From positions 1 to 64,000 of the forward strand of contig NIVC01003333.1 of NCBI GenBank assembly GCA_002269645.1: 64,000 bases of DNA. The letters are read 5' to 3'. Shown piece by piece: positions 36,740 to 49,675 of this stretch. Under the pieces are notes generated by a model that was not told the DNA's origin, ran no database searches, and saw only the letters and a program-made list of their open reading frames with translations. The translations under genes and the position numbers were made by a program. The stretch is from Macrostomum lignano. Lineage: Eukaryota. The first letter of the stretch is position 1, and each line of letters begins with the position of its first letter.

Positions 36740-39410
36740 TGCAGAATTCGAGTCAGAAGAGTCCCAGTCAGCAGAGGCCCAGTCCGAAGAATCCCTGTCA
36801 GCAGAGGCCCAGTCAGCAGAGGCCCAGTCAGTAGAGTCCCAGTCAGCAGAGGCCCAGTCAGTAGAGTCGCAGTCAGCAGAGGCCCAGTCAGTAGAGTCGC
36901 AGTCAGCAGAGGCCCAGTCAGCAGAGTCCCAGTCAGCAGAGGCCCAGTCAGCAGAGGCCCAGTCAGCAGAGTCCCAGTCAGCAGAGGCCCAGTCAGCAGA
37001 GGCCCAGTCAGTAGAGTCCCAGTCAGCAAAGGCCCAGTCAGTAGAGTCCCAGTCAGCAGAGGCCCAGTCATAGAGTCCCAGTCAGCAGAGGCCCAGTCAG
37101 TAGAGTCGCAGTCAGCAGAGGCCCAGTCAGCAGAGTCCCAGTCAGCAGAGGCCCAGTCAGTAGAGTCGCAGTCAGCAGAGACCCAGTCAGTAGAGTCCCA
37201 GTCAGCAGAGGCCCAGTCAGTAGAGTCCCAGTCAGCAGAGGCCCAGTCAGTAGAGTCCCAGTCAGTAGAGTCCCAGTCAGTAGAGTCCCAGTCAGCAGAG
37301 TCCCAGTCATAGAGTCCCAGTCAGTAGAGTCCCAGTCAGCAGAGGCCCAGTCAGCAGAGGCCCAGTCAGTAGAGTCCCAGTCAGTAGAGTCCCAGTCGGC
37401 AGAGGCCCAGTCCTGCAGTAGAGTCCCAGTCAGTAGAGTCCCAGTCGGCAGAGGCCCAGTCAGTAGAGTCCCAGTCAGTAGAGTCCCAGTCAGTAGAGTC
37501 CCAGTCAGTAGAGTCCCAGTCAGCAGAGTCCCAGTCAGTAGAGTCCCAGTCAGTAGAGTCCCAGTCAGTAGAGTCCCAGTCAGTAGAGTCCCAGTCGGCA
37601 GAGGCCCAGTCCTGCAGTAGAGTCCCAGTCAGTAGAGTCCCAGTCGGCAGAGGCCCAGTCAGTAGAGTCCCAGTCAGTAGAGTCCCAGTCAGTAGAGTCC
37701 CAGTCAGTAGAGTCCCAGTCAGTAGAGTCCCAGTCAGTAGAGTCCCAGTCAGTAGAGTCCCAGTCAGCAAAGGCCCAGTCAGTAGAGTCCCAGTCAGCAG
37801 AGGCCCAGTCATAGAGTCCCAGTCAGCAGAGGCCCAGTCAGTAGAGTCGCAGTCAGCAGAGGCCCAGTCAGCAGAGTCCCAGTCAGCAGAGGCCCAGTCA
37901 GTAGAGTCGCAGTCAGCAGAGACCCAGTCAGTAGAGTCCCAGTCAGCAGAGGCCCAGTCAGTAGAGTCCCAGTCAGCAGAGGCCCAGTCAGTAGAGTCCC
38001 AGTCAGTAGAGTCCCAGTCAGTAGAGTCCCAGTCAGCAGAGTCCCAGTCATAGAGTCCCAGTCAGTAGAGTCCCAGTCAGCAGAGGCCCAGTCAGCAGAG
38101 GCCCAGTCAGTAGAGTCCCAGTCAGTAGAGTCCCAGTCGGCAGAGGCCCAGTCCTGCAGTAGAGTCCCAGTCAGTAGAGTCCCAGTCGGCAGAGGCCCAG
38201 TCAGTAGAGTCCCAGTCAGTAGAGTCCCAGTCAGTAGAGTCCCAGTCAGTAGAGTCCCAGTCAGCAGAGTCCCAGTCAGTAGAGTCCCAGTCAGTAGAGT
38301 CCCAGTCAGTAGAGTCCCAGTCAGTAGAGTCCCAGTCGGCAGAGGCCCAGTCCTGCAGTAGAGTCCCAGTCAGTAGAGTCCCAGTCGGCAGAGGCCCAGT
38401 CAGTAGAGTCCCAGTCAGTAGAGTCCCAGTCAGTAGAGTCCCAGTCAGTAGAGTCCCAGTCAGCAGAGTCCCAGTCAGTAGAGTCCCAGTCAGTAGAGTC
38501 CCAGTCAGTAGAGTCCCAGTCAGCAGAGTCCCAGTCATAGAGTCACAGTCAGTAGAGTCCCAGTCAGTAGAGTCCCAGTCAGCAGAGGCCCAGTCAGCAG
38601 AGGCCCAGTCAGTAGAGTCGCAGTCAGCAGAGGCCCAGTCAGTAGAGTCCCAGACAGTAGAGTCCCAGTCGGCAGAGGCCCAGTCAGTAGAGTCCCAGTC
38701 AGTAGAGTCCCAGTCAGTAGAGTCCCAGTCAGTAGAGTCCCAGTCAGTAGAGTCCCAGTCAGTAGAGTCCCAGTCAGTAGAGTCCCAGTCAGTAGAGTCC
38801 CAGTCAGTAGAGTCCCAGTCAGTAGAGTCCCAGTCAGTAGAGTCCCAGTCAGTAGAGTCCCAGTCAGTAGAGTCCCAGTCAGTAGAGTCCCAGTCAGTAG
38901 AGTCCCAGTCAGCAGAGTCCCAGTCAGTAGAGTCCCAGTCAGTAGAGTCCCAGTCAGCAGAGTCCCAGTCATAGAGTCACAGTCAGTAGAGTCCCAGTCA
39001 GTAGAGTCCCAGTCAGCAGAGGCCCAGTCAGTAGAGTCCCAGTCAGCAGAGGCCCAGTCAGCAGAGGCCCAGTCAGTAGAGTCGCAGTCAGCAGAGGCCC
39101 AGTCAGTAGAGTCCCAGTCAGTAGAGTCCCAGTCGGCAGAGGCCCAGTCAGTAGAGTCCCAGTCAGTAGAGTCCCAGTCAGTAGAGTCCCAGTCAGTAGA
39201 GTCCCAGTCAGTAGAGTCCCAGTCAGTAGAGTCCCAGTCAGTAGAGTCCCAGTCAGTAGAGTCCCAGTCAGCAGAGTCCCAGTCAGTAGAGTCCCAGTCA
39301 GCAGAGGCCCAGTCAGTAGAGTCCCAGTCAGCAAAGGCCCAGTCAGTAGAGTCCCAGTCAGCAGAGTCCCAGTCAGTAGAGTCCCAGTCAGCAGAGGCCC
39401 AGTCAGTAGA
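36740..39410. repeat. 15-bp satellite (CCCAGTCAGTAGAGT), ~2.7 kb, with 741-bp higher-order duplication
   Basis: Variant pattern at 37068-37808 recurs at 37809-38549. Confidence 0.97.
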
Positions 39411-39735
39411 GTTTTTAATTACGACTTTACTCTCAGAGCTGCTCTCAGAAGTTCGTGAAAGCACGAAAGGGGATGTCAACTTAAGCACCAGAATGGAGCC
39501 CGAAGTTCAGCTCCGGACCAAACCGACTGCAATCGATAACTTATCGGCCCAGACGACTAGAATCGCCGAGACATCCCATCCGGGTCTTTTCCTTGGGGTC
39601 CCAGGGGATAAAGGGGATAAAATGGGGATCTCATGTCAACTTAAGGTTCTGGAATGGAGCCCGAAGTTCAGCTCGGGACCAAAGCGACTGCAATCGATAA
39701 CTTGTCGGCCCAGACGACTAGAATCGCCGAGACAT

Positions 39736-40600
39736 TCGCTGTGCCACTATGTTCCGGTATGTCATTGAGTGCTGCTTTGCTGCCATTAGGCAGGACAAAT
39801 GTTTTAACGAGAGGCACAAACCGAATCAGTGGCTGCAGTCAGCTGGCTTCAGCGAGCGCAGCCAATTAGACGTTATCGAGAACTCGATGGCAAAGTACAA
39901 TCGGGCGTTTCCACGTTTTGAATCATTTAAACAGCTGCCAACGTCATGGACAGGGCTATCGTTGTTCGAATTCGGTCAGAAGTTCATGCGCCGAGTGCTC
40001 TTGTCCAATAAACTGGACGAAATTGAGCAGCTGCACTTCAACTGTGATCTGACGCGTGTCCCCCCTGCTAACACAACGGCATGGATTGCCGAAAACCCGC
40101 TGGATCCAAAAAGCTCGGGGTTCCCCGAATTCACACAGAATCTGACAGATGTTTCGGTGGGTCCGTATCAACTATATCAAGCCGATGATTACATTCAAAA
40201 CATTCGTGTCAATGAGGTTCTCGGTCTACGAAGGTGACTCCTGGAGAGACTTTGAGTCACTCACATCCGAACTTCCGAGCCACCTCAAGTATTGGAAGTT
40301 TCGGTAAGAGACGCAGCCAGAAAACTGGAGCAACCGATTCGGTCGGTGGCATCCGTCTTGGATTTTTTCTAGCTGTCGTTTTCTCGCTCCATAATTCGAA
40401 ATCCTACCGCGTGATTCTTAAGAGTGAGTGACAGCAGCGGACAATCGCTTTGGTTTTAGAGATCCAGGATTGCAACTTCTTCATGGCTACTACTCGTCAG
40501 CAAAAGCTGGAGGTAGGACTGCAGGCTGCGATTGTCATGTAATGGCAGTGCTCAAACTCCTGGACTGCTACGCTTACCACCAAGATAGCTATCGAAGGTC
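39736..40600 (+). pseudogene. C-terminal fragment of a PIF/Harbinger-ISL2EU-Spy type DDE transposase with SWIM-like segment
   Basis: RCATMFRYVIECCFAAIRQ (catalytic-E motif RxVIE), DVSVGPYQLYQADDYI, SLHNSKSYRVIL, GYYSSAKAGGRTAGCDCHVMAVL. Spread over three frames with stops; N-terminal DD region missing. Confidence 0.7.
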
Positions 40601-40788
40601 TGGTACTAGCCTTCGCTTTGTTGATTCCGCTCTTCCACGCAGCCTTCCTTGTTGCCAGTCTTCATGCCAGAGAAAATGCTTTACCACAGCAGCGAAAGCC
40701 TACTGAGCAACAGTTTAGCGGCCAGCAAGAGGCGTTTCAGTCAGCCAGCAGAAGCTCAGGATCCAAGCCTCAGTCTTCAAGAGTCTTT

Positions 40789-41520
40789 GGTCTTCAAAAC
40801 CATGGTCAGCAGTGCTACGCAATTGTTTTTGTACTGCTTCACTGCATCAGCAGCAAAGTCCAGCTCTTTCAGCCGCTCAGAGGTGGGGCAGTGAACATCG
40901 CAATGACAAACCTGATGACGTCTATGGCGACTGAGCAAGCGTAGATCAACTTTTCGAAGCCAACCGAAGCCGATATCCGCAGCAGTTTGCGCCAAGACAG
41001 CAACACTGCTGCTAACAGTGCATTCTGCCAGAGTCGCAGCAGCAGCGTCATTGCCTAATCGAATTTACACGTGCGGTAGTTGCCTGACTAGCACGGATGA
41101 GCTGCCCATAGGAGTTCTGGATAGTCGTATCCTCAGCATCTCCTTGCAGGAGTTTTCAACCGCGCCGTTAATTCTAGACGGTCTCTACGCTGCTTTTACG
41201 GCACCAAAGCACGTCCCATGCACCAACACCAACTGTGCAGCTGATCAGGTCTCTAACGGCAGAGTGACCCTGATGCATATAGATCGCATTGGAACCGATG
41301 GTCAAAAACTGAATACGCAAGTCTGTTGGACAATCCGAGCAGGTAACATCTCCAGCTTGGGATGTCCAATGTTCACAGTGTCCCATTACGGTATAGTACG
41401 CCCTTGGAAGGGCACTATACATCTTGTGTCCTGAAAGATAGAGTATGGAATAAGCTGGACGACATGAGAGTTCCAAAAAACTACAATCCATTCGTTCATG
41501 AGCAATCCAAGGACCACTGA
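40789..41520 (+). pseudogene. USP (peptidase C19) deubiquitinase-like domain inside the transposon
   Basis: Cys box GLQNHGQQCY (40789-40818), zinc-ribbon pairs TCGSC and CTNTNC, His box VSHYG...EGHYTSCVLKDRVWNKLDDMRV (41407-41472, shifted frame). Repeated at 46781-47512 and 51158-51889. Confidence 0.72.
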
Positions 41521-42071
41521 AGTCACTTCATTAAACTTAGTTGTCCTTGGAGCCCTGCTGCAAGTATAAAGAGACCCATGGGATCATCTGCGAGAATGTT
41601 TACACAAAAACCCTTTCTGCAAACTAATGACCATACCGTTTCATTTTGTTTAAAAAAGCATCCGGAGCCTTGCTTTGGGCTCCATTCTAGAGACTTAAGT
41701 TGACATGAGATTCCCATTTTATCCCCTTTATCCCCTGGGACCCCAAGGAAGGGACCCGGATGGGATGTCTCGGCGATTCTAGTCGTCTGGGCCGACAAGT
41801 TATCGATTGCAGTCGGTTTGGTCCGGAGCTGAACTTCGGGCTCCATTCTGGTGCTTAAGTTGACATCCCCTTTGCTCTCAGAGTTTCTTCCCCAAAACAA
41901 AAAAAGCCAAGAAACAGCGCTTAATGCAATCACCGAAGTGAACTCGGATATTCGAAAAGTCACTGTTTATTTTTCATATTCCACACAGAGATCTTTCAGT
42001 AAGTATTGTCAGTAGCATTCTGACGGCGTGAGCTGTGCAGAACGCAGAATAGAACTCGTTGCTTTTCATCT

Positions 42072-42221
42072 CTACCTCCTGCAAGTGTCGCCCTTGCATG
42101 ACGGCGAATCACCGAGGCAGATCTCGTTTATGCAGTAACAGAGTGGACCACAGAGATCATCTGCATTTACAGTTGCCAACAGCGCAACGATGAGGACCAA
42201 CAGAGCAAACAGAACTCGCAT
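42072..42221 (-). CDS. Secreted six-cysteine peptide precursor, copy 2 (49 aa, ends CRR)
   Basis: Signal peptide with V-N-A cleavage site; TATAAATA 42309-42316; AATAAA 41966-41971. Confidence 0.75.
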   Translation of the reverse strand: MRVLFALLVLIVALLATVNADDLCGPLCYCINEICLGDSPSCKGDTCRR

Positions 42222-43374
42222 GCTGTTTCTTGAAGATGTGAACTTGTTGCAGCCGATAATCTTGTAGGAGGATTTGTAGGCTTGATTTTGTGCCATTGCT
42301 CAGTGTTATATTTATAGATTCAAGATCCCATAAAACACGGCTGCAATCGTTTAAATCACGCACTGCTTGTCAAGCAGCTCCCAGAAAATTATTCGACTTT
42401 CTGCTCAGGTTGCAATAAATTTTCATGTCCCTGGATTGAGTTTGATTGATGAAGCAGAGTTAATTCGCATGGCGTTAACTAAGATTTGAAATTTTCTCCA
42501 CGCCTGCAAAAATAAGCGAAACTGGCTTAGATGCAATCCATCTGCTTTTGAGCTGTGTGCTGGCACGCTGGAGGCTGTTCATACGGACTTTTGTTCGTTA
42601 CCATGACAACAAAATCTCAATCTTTTGCGGTTCCTCCAAAATCTCCTAAAAATCTACCTGTAAATGTTCATATACTACATATACTATATACTATACTCAT
42701 ATACTATACTAGCTAAACAGAGTTTCATGATTGACAAGCTCTTAATCTCTGAAGCTCTTAGATTCCAAGTTCGATGCAAAACAACTCAAGAAGGCGCTAT
42801 CGAACGTGACAGAAGCACATGACCGTTGGCCCTGCTTTCAGGAAGCGGCACTGAGCTGGCAACATAAAATTTTGTACAAATTTAGTCGAAAATTAAAAAA
42901 TCGATCACATATATCTACCGACAAACCATTTTTAGTACGAGTATAGTGTGTTAAATCGACTAACTCTTCGAAACCAACAAGTAATTAAGTAGGCAAAATC
43001 GGATGTCTGTAGCCTTCAATACCTCTGCGTTCTCGCGAACGCAAACAAAACAAACAAGTTAGCAAAAACACGCTTACCAAAAATCACGCCTTTTTTAATT
43101 ATTATTTAACGTGGGGTGGGGTTAGCAAATTGAGGGGGTTGGCTCATGTACATTAAATCAAGAAAAAATACATGTACAATTAACTAAGTAAAACCCCAAA
43201 AATATGACAAACAATGAACCTTCAGAACATAGTGGAACTTAAATTTTAACCAAATAATACATACAAGTTCCTCTTATAGACTTTTTATTACATGTATGTC
43301 TTAGAATGGAATCCGAATTTAATGTGTCATATCTCATACAAAATGATAAGAGAAATGATAAGAGTCTGCAGAAT

Positions 43375-45403
43375 TCGAGTCAGTAGAGTCGCAGTCAGCA
43401 GAGGCCCAGTCCGAAGAATCCCTGTCAGCAGAGGCCCAGTCAGCAGAGGCCCAGTCAGTAGAGTCCCAGTCAGCAGAGGCCCAGTCAGTAGAGTCGCAGT
43501 CAGCAGAGGCCCAGTCAGTAGAGTCGCAGTCAGCAGAGGCCCAGTCAGCAGAGTCCCAGTCAGCAGAGGCCCAGTCAGCAGAGGCCCAGTCAGCAGAGTC
43601 CCAGTCAGCAGAGGCCCAGTCAGCAGAGGCCCAGTCAGTAGAGTCCCAGTCAGCAAAGGCCCAGTCAGTAGAGTCCCAGTCAGCAGAGGCCCAGTCATAG
43701 AGTCCCAGTCAGCAGAGGCCCAGTCAGTAGAGTCGCAGTCAGCAGAGACCCAGTCAGTAGAGTCCCAGTCAGCAGAGGCCCAGTCAGTAGAGTCCCAGTC
43801 AGCAGAGGCCCAGTCAGTAGAGTCCCAGTCAGCAGAGTCCCAGTCAGTAGAGTCCCAGTCAGCAGAGTCCCAGTCATAGAGTCCCAGTCAGTAGAGTCCC
43901 AGTCAGCAGATTCCCAGTCAGCAGAGGCCCAGTCAGTAGAGTCCCAGTCAGTAGAGTCCCAGTCGGCAGAGGCCCAGTCCTGCAGTAGAGTCCCAGTCAG
44001 TAGAGTCCCAGTCGGCAGAGGCCCAGTCAGTAGAGTCCCAGTCAGTAGAGTCCCAGTCAGTAGAGTCCCAGTCAGTAGAGTCCCAGTCAGCAGAGTCCCA
44101 GTCAGTAGAGTCCCAGTCAGTAGAGTCCCAGTCAGTAGAGTCCCAGTCAGTAGAGTCCCAGTCGGCAGAGGCCCAGTCCTGCAGTAGAGTCCCAGTCAGT
44201 AGAGTCCCAGTCGGCAGAGGCCCAGTCAGTAGAGTCCCAGTCAGTAGAGTCCCAGTCAGTAGAGTCCCAGTCAGTAGAGTCCCAGTCAGCAGAGTCCCAG
44301 TCAGTAGAGTCCCAGTCAGTAGAGTCCCAGTCAGTAGAGTCCCAGTCAGCAGAGTCCCAGTCATAGAGTCACAGTCAGTAGAGTCCCAGTCAGTAGAGTC
44401 CCAGTCAGCAGAGGCCCAGTCAGCAGAGGCCCAGTCAGTAGAGTCGCAGTCAGCAGAGGCCCAGTCAGTAGAGTCCCAGACAGTAGAGTCCCAGTCGGCA
44501 GAGGCCCAGTCAGTAGAGTCCCAGTCAGTAGAGTCCCAGTCAGTAGAGTCCCAGTCAGTAGAGTCCCAGTCAGTAGAGTCCCAGTCAGTAGAGTCCCAGT
44601 CAGTAGAGTCCCAGTCAGTAGAGTCCCAGTCAGTAGAGTCCCAGTCAGTAGAGTCCCAGTCAGTAGAGTCCCAGTCAGTAGAGTCCCAGTCAGTAGAGTC
44701 CCAGTCAGTAGAGTCCCAGTCAGTAGAGTCCCAGTCAGTAGAGTCCCAGTCAGTAGAGTCCCAGTCAGTAGAGTCCCAGTCAGCAGAGTCCCAGTCAGTA
44801 GAGTCCCAGTCAGTAGAGTCCCAGTCAGCAGAGTCCCAGTCATAGAGTCACAGTCAGTAGAGTCCCAGTCAGTAGAGTCCCAGTCAGCAGAGGCCCAGTC
44901 AGTAGAGTCCCAGTCAGCAGAGGCCCAGTCAGCAGAGGCCCAGTCAGTAGAGTCGCAGTCAGCAGAGGCCCAGTCAGTAGAGTCCCAGTCAGTAGAGTCC
45001 CAGTCGGCAGAGGCCCAGTCAGTAGAGTCCCAGTCAGTAGAGTCCCAGTCAGTAGAGTCCCAGTCAGTAGAGTCCCAGTCAGTAGAGTCCCAGTCAGTAG
45101 AGTCCCAGTCAGTAGAGTCCCAGTCAGTAGAGTCCCAGTCAGTAGAGTCCCAGTCAGTAGAGTCCCAGTCAGTAGAGTCCCAGTCAGTAGAGTCCCAGTC
45201 AGTAGAGTCCCAGTCAGTAGAGTCCCAGTCAGTAGAGTCCCAGTCAGTAGAGTCCCAGTCAGCAGAGTCCCAGTCAGTAGAGTCCCAGTCAGCAGAGGCC
45301 CAGTCAGTAGAGTCCCAGTCAGCAAAGGCCCAGTCAGTAGAGTCCCAGTCAGCAGAGTCCCAGTCAGTAGAGTCCCAGTCAGCAGAGGCCCAGTCAGTAG
45401 AGT
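43375..45403. repeat. 15-bp satellite, ~2.0 kb
   Basis: Same variant order as the first array but lacking the 741-bp duplication and with longer pure runs. Confidence 0.97.
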
Positions 45404-45459
45404 TTTTAATTACGACTTTACTCTCAGAGCTGCTCTCAGAAGTTCGTGAAAGCACGAAA

Positions 45460-47862
45460 GGGGATGTCAACTTAAGCACCAGAATGGAGCCCGAAGTTCA
45501 GCTCCGGACCAAACCGACTGCAATCGATAACTTGTCGGCCCAGACGACTAGAATCGCCGAGACATCCCATCCGGGTCTTTTCCTTGGGGTCCCAGGGGAT
45601 AAAGGGGATAAAATGGGGATCTCATGTCAACTTAAGGTTCTGGAATGGAGCCCGAAGTTCAGCTCGGGACCAAAGCGACTGCAATCGATAACTTGTCGGC
45701 CCAGACGACTAGAATCGCCGAGACATTCGCTGTGCCACTATGTTCCGGTATGTCATTGAGTGCTGCTTTGCTGCCATTAGGCAGGACAAATGTTTTAACG
45801 AGAGGCACAAACCGAATCAGTGGCTGCAGTCAGCTGGCTTCAGCGAGCGCAGCCAATTAGACGTTATCGAGAACTCGATGGCAAAGTACAATCGGGCGTT
45901 TCCACGTTTTGAATCATTTAAACAGCTGCCAACGTCATGGACAGGGCTATCGTTGTTCGAATTCGGTCAGAAGTTCATGCGCCGAGTGCTCTTGTCCAAT
46001 AAACTGGACGAAATTGAGCAGCTGCACTTCAACTGTGATCTGACGCGTGTCCCCCCTGCTAACACAACGGCATGGATTGCCGAAAACCCGCTGGATCCAA
46101 AAAGCTCGGGGTTCCCCCGAATTCACACAGAATCTGACAGATGTTTCGGTGGGTCCGTATCAACTATATCAAGCCGATGATTACATTCAAAACATTCGTG
46201 TCAATGAGGTTCTCGGTCTACGAAGGTGACTCCTGGAGAGACTTTGAGTCACTCACATCCGAACTTCCGAGCCACCTCAAGTATTGGAAGTTTCGGTAAG
46301 AGACGCAGCCAGAAAACTGGAGCAACCGATTCGGTCGGTGGCATCCGTCTTGGATTTTTTCTAGCTGTCGTTTTCTCGCTCCATAATTCGAAATCCTACC
46401 GCGTGATTCTTAAGAGTGAGTGACAGCAGCGGACAATCGCTTTGGTTTTAGAGATCCAGGATTGCAACTTCTTCATGGCTACTACTCGTCAGCAAAAGCT
46501 GGAGGTAGGACTGCAGGCTGCGATTGTCATGTAATGGCAGTGCTCAAACTCCTGGACTGCTACGCTTACCACCAAGATAGCTATCGAAGGTCTGGTACTA
46601 GCCTTCGCTTTGTTGATTCCGCTCTTCCACGCAGCCTTCCTTGTTGCCAGTCTTCATGCCAGAGAAAATGCTTTACCACAGCAGCGAAAGCCTACTGAGC
46701 AACAGTTTAGCGGCCAGCAAGAGGCGTTTCAGTCAGCCAGCAGAAGCTCAGGATCCAAGCCTCAGTCTTCAAGAGTCTTTGGTCTTCAAAACCATGGTCA
46801 GCAGTGCTACGCAATTGTTTTTGTACTGCTTCACTGCATCAGCAGCAAAGTCCAGCTCTTTCAGCCGCTCAGAGGTGGGGCAGTGAACATCGCAATGACA
46901 AACCTGATGACGTCTATGGCGACTGAGCAAGCGTAGATCAACTTTTCGAAGCCAACCGAAGCCGATATCCGCAGCAGTTTGCGCCAAGACAGCAACACTG
47001 CTGCTAACAGTGCATTCTGCCAGAGTCGCAGCAGCAGCGTCATTGCCTAATCGAATTTACACGTGCGGTAGTTGCCTGACTAGCACGGATGAGCTGCCCA
47101 TAGGAGTTCTGGATAGTCGTATCCTCAGCATCTCCTTGCAGGAGTTTTCAACCGCGCCGTTAATTCTAGACGGTCTCTACGCTGCTTTTACGGCACCAAA
47201 GCACGTCCCATGCACCAACACCAACTGTGCAGCTGATCAGGTCTCTAACGGCAGAGTGACCCTGATGCATATAGATCGCATTGGAACCGATGGTCAAAAA
47301 CTGAATACGCAAGTCTGTTGGACAATCCGAGCAGGTAACATCTCCAGCTTGGGATGTCCAATGTTCACAGTGTCCCATTACGGTATAGTACGCCCTTGGA
47401 AGGGCACTATACATCTTGTGTCCTGAAAGATAGAGTATGGAATAAGCTGGACGACATGAGAGTTCCAAAAAACTACAATCCATTCGTTCATGAGCAATCC
47501 AAGGACCACTGAAGTCACTTCATTAAACTTAGTTGTCCTTGGAGCCCTGCTGCAAGTATAAAGAGACCCATGGGATCATCTGCGAGAATGTTTACACAAA
47601 AACCCTTTCTGCAAACTAATGACCATACCGTTTCATTTTGTTTAAAAAAGCATCCGGAGCCTTGCTTTGGGCTCCATTCTAGAGACTTAAGTTGACATGA
47701 GATTCCCATTTTATCCCCTTTATCCCCTGGGACCCCAAGGAAGGGACCCGGATGGGATGTCTCGGCGATTCTAGTCGTCTGGGCCGACAAGTTATCGATT
47801 GCAGTCGGTTTGGTCCGGAGCTGAACTTCGGGCTCCATTCTGGTGCTTAAGTTGACATCCCC
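45460..47862 (+). mobile_element. Spy-group DNA transposon, copy 2, 2403 bp
   Basis: Same TIRs and AAA|TTT flanks as copy 1; one extra C in a homopolymer. Confidence 0.88.
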
Positions 47863-48063
47863 TTTGCTCTCAGAGTTTCTTCCCCAAAACAAGAAAAGCC
47901 AAGAAACAGCGCTTAATGCAATCACCGAAGTGAACTCGGATATTCGAAAAGTCACTGTTTATTTTTCATATTCCACACAGAGATCTTTCAGTAAGTATTG
48001 TCAGTAGCATTCTGACGGCGTGAGCTGTGCAGAACGCAGAATAGAACTCGTTGCTTTTCATCT

Positions 48064-48213
48064 CTACCTCCTGCAAGTGTCGCCCTTGCATGACGGCGAA
48101 TCACCGAGGCAGATCTCGTTTATGCAGTAACAGAGTGGACCACAGAGATCATCTGCATTTACAGTTGCCAACAGCGCAACGATGAGGACCAACAGAGCAA
48201 ACAGAACTCGCAT
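48064..48213 (-). CDS. Secreted six-cysteine peptide precursor, copy 3
   Basis: Same protein as copy 2; TATA 48301-48308; AATAAA 47958-47963. Confidence 0.75.
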   Translation of the reverse strand: MRVLFALLVLIVALLATVNADDLCGPLCYCINEICLGDSPSCKGDTCRR

Positions 48214-49369
48214 GCTGTTTCTTGAAGATGTGAACTTGTTGCAGCCGATAATCTTGTAGGAGGATTTGTAGGCTTGATTTTGTGCCATTGCTCAGTGTTA
48301 TATTTATAGATTCAAGATCCCATAAAACACGGCTGCAATCGTTTAAATCACGCACTGCTTGTCAAGCAGCTCCCAGAAAATTATTCGACTTTCTGCTCAG
48401 GTTGCAATAAATTTTCATGTCCCTGGATTGAGTTTGATTGATGAAGCAGAGTTAATTCGCATGGCGTTAACTAAGATTTGAAATTTTCTCCACGCCTGCA
48501 AAAATAAGCGAAACTGGCTTAGATGCAATCCATCTGCTTTTGAGCTGTGTGCTGGCACGCTGGAGGCTGTTCATACGGACTTTTGTTCGTTACCATGACA
48601 ACAAAATCTCAATCTTTTGCGGTTCCTCCAAAATCTCCTAAAAATCTACCTGTAAATGTTCATATACTACATATACTATATACTATACTCATATACTATA
48701 CTAGCTAAACAGAGTTTCATGATTGACAAGCTCTTAATCTCTGAAGCTCTTAGATTCCAAGTTCGATGCAAAACAACTCAAGAAGGCGCTATCGAACGTG
48801 ACAGAAGCACATGACCGTTGGCCCTGCTTTCAGGAAGCGGCACTGAGCTGGCAACATAAAATTTTGTACAAATTTAGTCGAAAATTAAAAAATCGATCAC
48901 ATATATCTACCGACAAACCATTTTTAGTACGAGTATAGTGTGTTAAATCGACTAACTCTTCGAAACCAACAAGTAATTAAGTAGGCAAAATCGGATGTCT
49001 GTAGCCTTCAATACCTCTGCGTTCTCGCGAACGCAAACAAAACAAACAAGTTAGCAAAAACACGCTTACCAAAAATCACGCCTTTTTAAATTATTATTTA
49101 ACGTGGGGTGGGGTTAGCAAATTGAGGGGGTTGGCTCATGTACATTAAATCAAGAAAAAATACATGTACAATTAACTAAGTAAAACCCCAAAAATATGAC
49201 AAACAATGAACCTTCAGAACATAGTGGAACTTAAATTTTAACCAAATAATACATACAAGTTCCTCTTATAGACTTTTTATTACATGTATGTCTTGGAATG
49301 GAATCCGAATTTAATATGTCATATCTCATACAAAATGATAAGAGAAATGATAAGAGTCTGCAGAATTCG

Positions 49370-49618
49370 AGTCAGAAGAGTCCCAGTCAGCAGAGGCCCA
49401 GTCAGCAGAGGCCCAGTCAGCAGAGGCCCAGTCAGTAGATTCCCAGTCAGCAGAGGCCCAGTCAGCAGAGGCCCAGTCAGTAGAGTCCCAGTCAGCAGAG
49501 GCCCAGTCAGTAGAGTCCCAGTCAGCAGAGTCCCAGTCAGCAGAGGCCCAGTCATAGAGTCCCAGTCAGCAGAGGCCCAGTCATAGAGTCCCAGTCAGCA
49601 GAGGCCCAGTCAGTAGAG
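49370..49618. repeat. 15-bp satellite, short (~250 bp)
   Basis: Same monomer as the long arrays. Confidence 0.95.
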
Positions 49619-49675
49619 TTTTTAATTACGACTTTACTCTCAGAGCTGCTCTCAGAAGTTCGTGAAAGCACGAAA

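Larger units (their letters stand above)
39469..41870 (+). mobile_element. Spy-group DNA transposon (non-autonomous), copy 1, 2402 bp
   Basis: About 200-bp TIRs beginning GGGGATGTCAACTTAAG; flanks CACGAAA| and |TTTGCTC; empty site CACGAAATTTGCTC at 54052-54057, 58145-58150 and (one substitution upstream) 61315-61320 shows insertion in AAATTT without TSD. Internal DDE transposase fragment. Confidence 0.88.

Noticed and set aside
40234-40372. Possible intron explaining the first frame break in the transposase fragment
   Set aside because: The GT at 40234 and AG at 40371-40372 do not restore the SLHNSKSY frame; treated as decay.
41523-41963. 146-aa minus-strand ORF repeated three times (also 39493-39768 plus)
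   Set aside because: Reads through the transposon TIR and flank; same peptide appears on both strands because it is the inverted repeat.
42066-42078. Possible splice donor AG|GTAGAG at the end of the peptide ORF
   Set aside because: Weak donor; copy 1 changes these bases (AGG to GTG) yet keeps the TAG, and AATAAA follows ~100 nt later.
42222-42296. 25-aa N-terminal extension (MAQNQAY...) of the peptide ORF given in the track
   Set aside because: That ATG lies only ~13 nt below the TATA box, upstream of the expected transcription start, and would bury the signal peptide.
36665-45479. Long ORFs with DWDST, LLTGT, VSRGP or SQSAE repeats (for example 38535-39488, 44361-45479)
   Set aside because: Translations of the 15-bp satellite, open in several frames and both strands because the monomer is a multiple of 3; array length differs greatly between cassettes.
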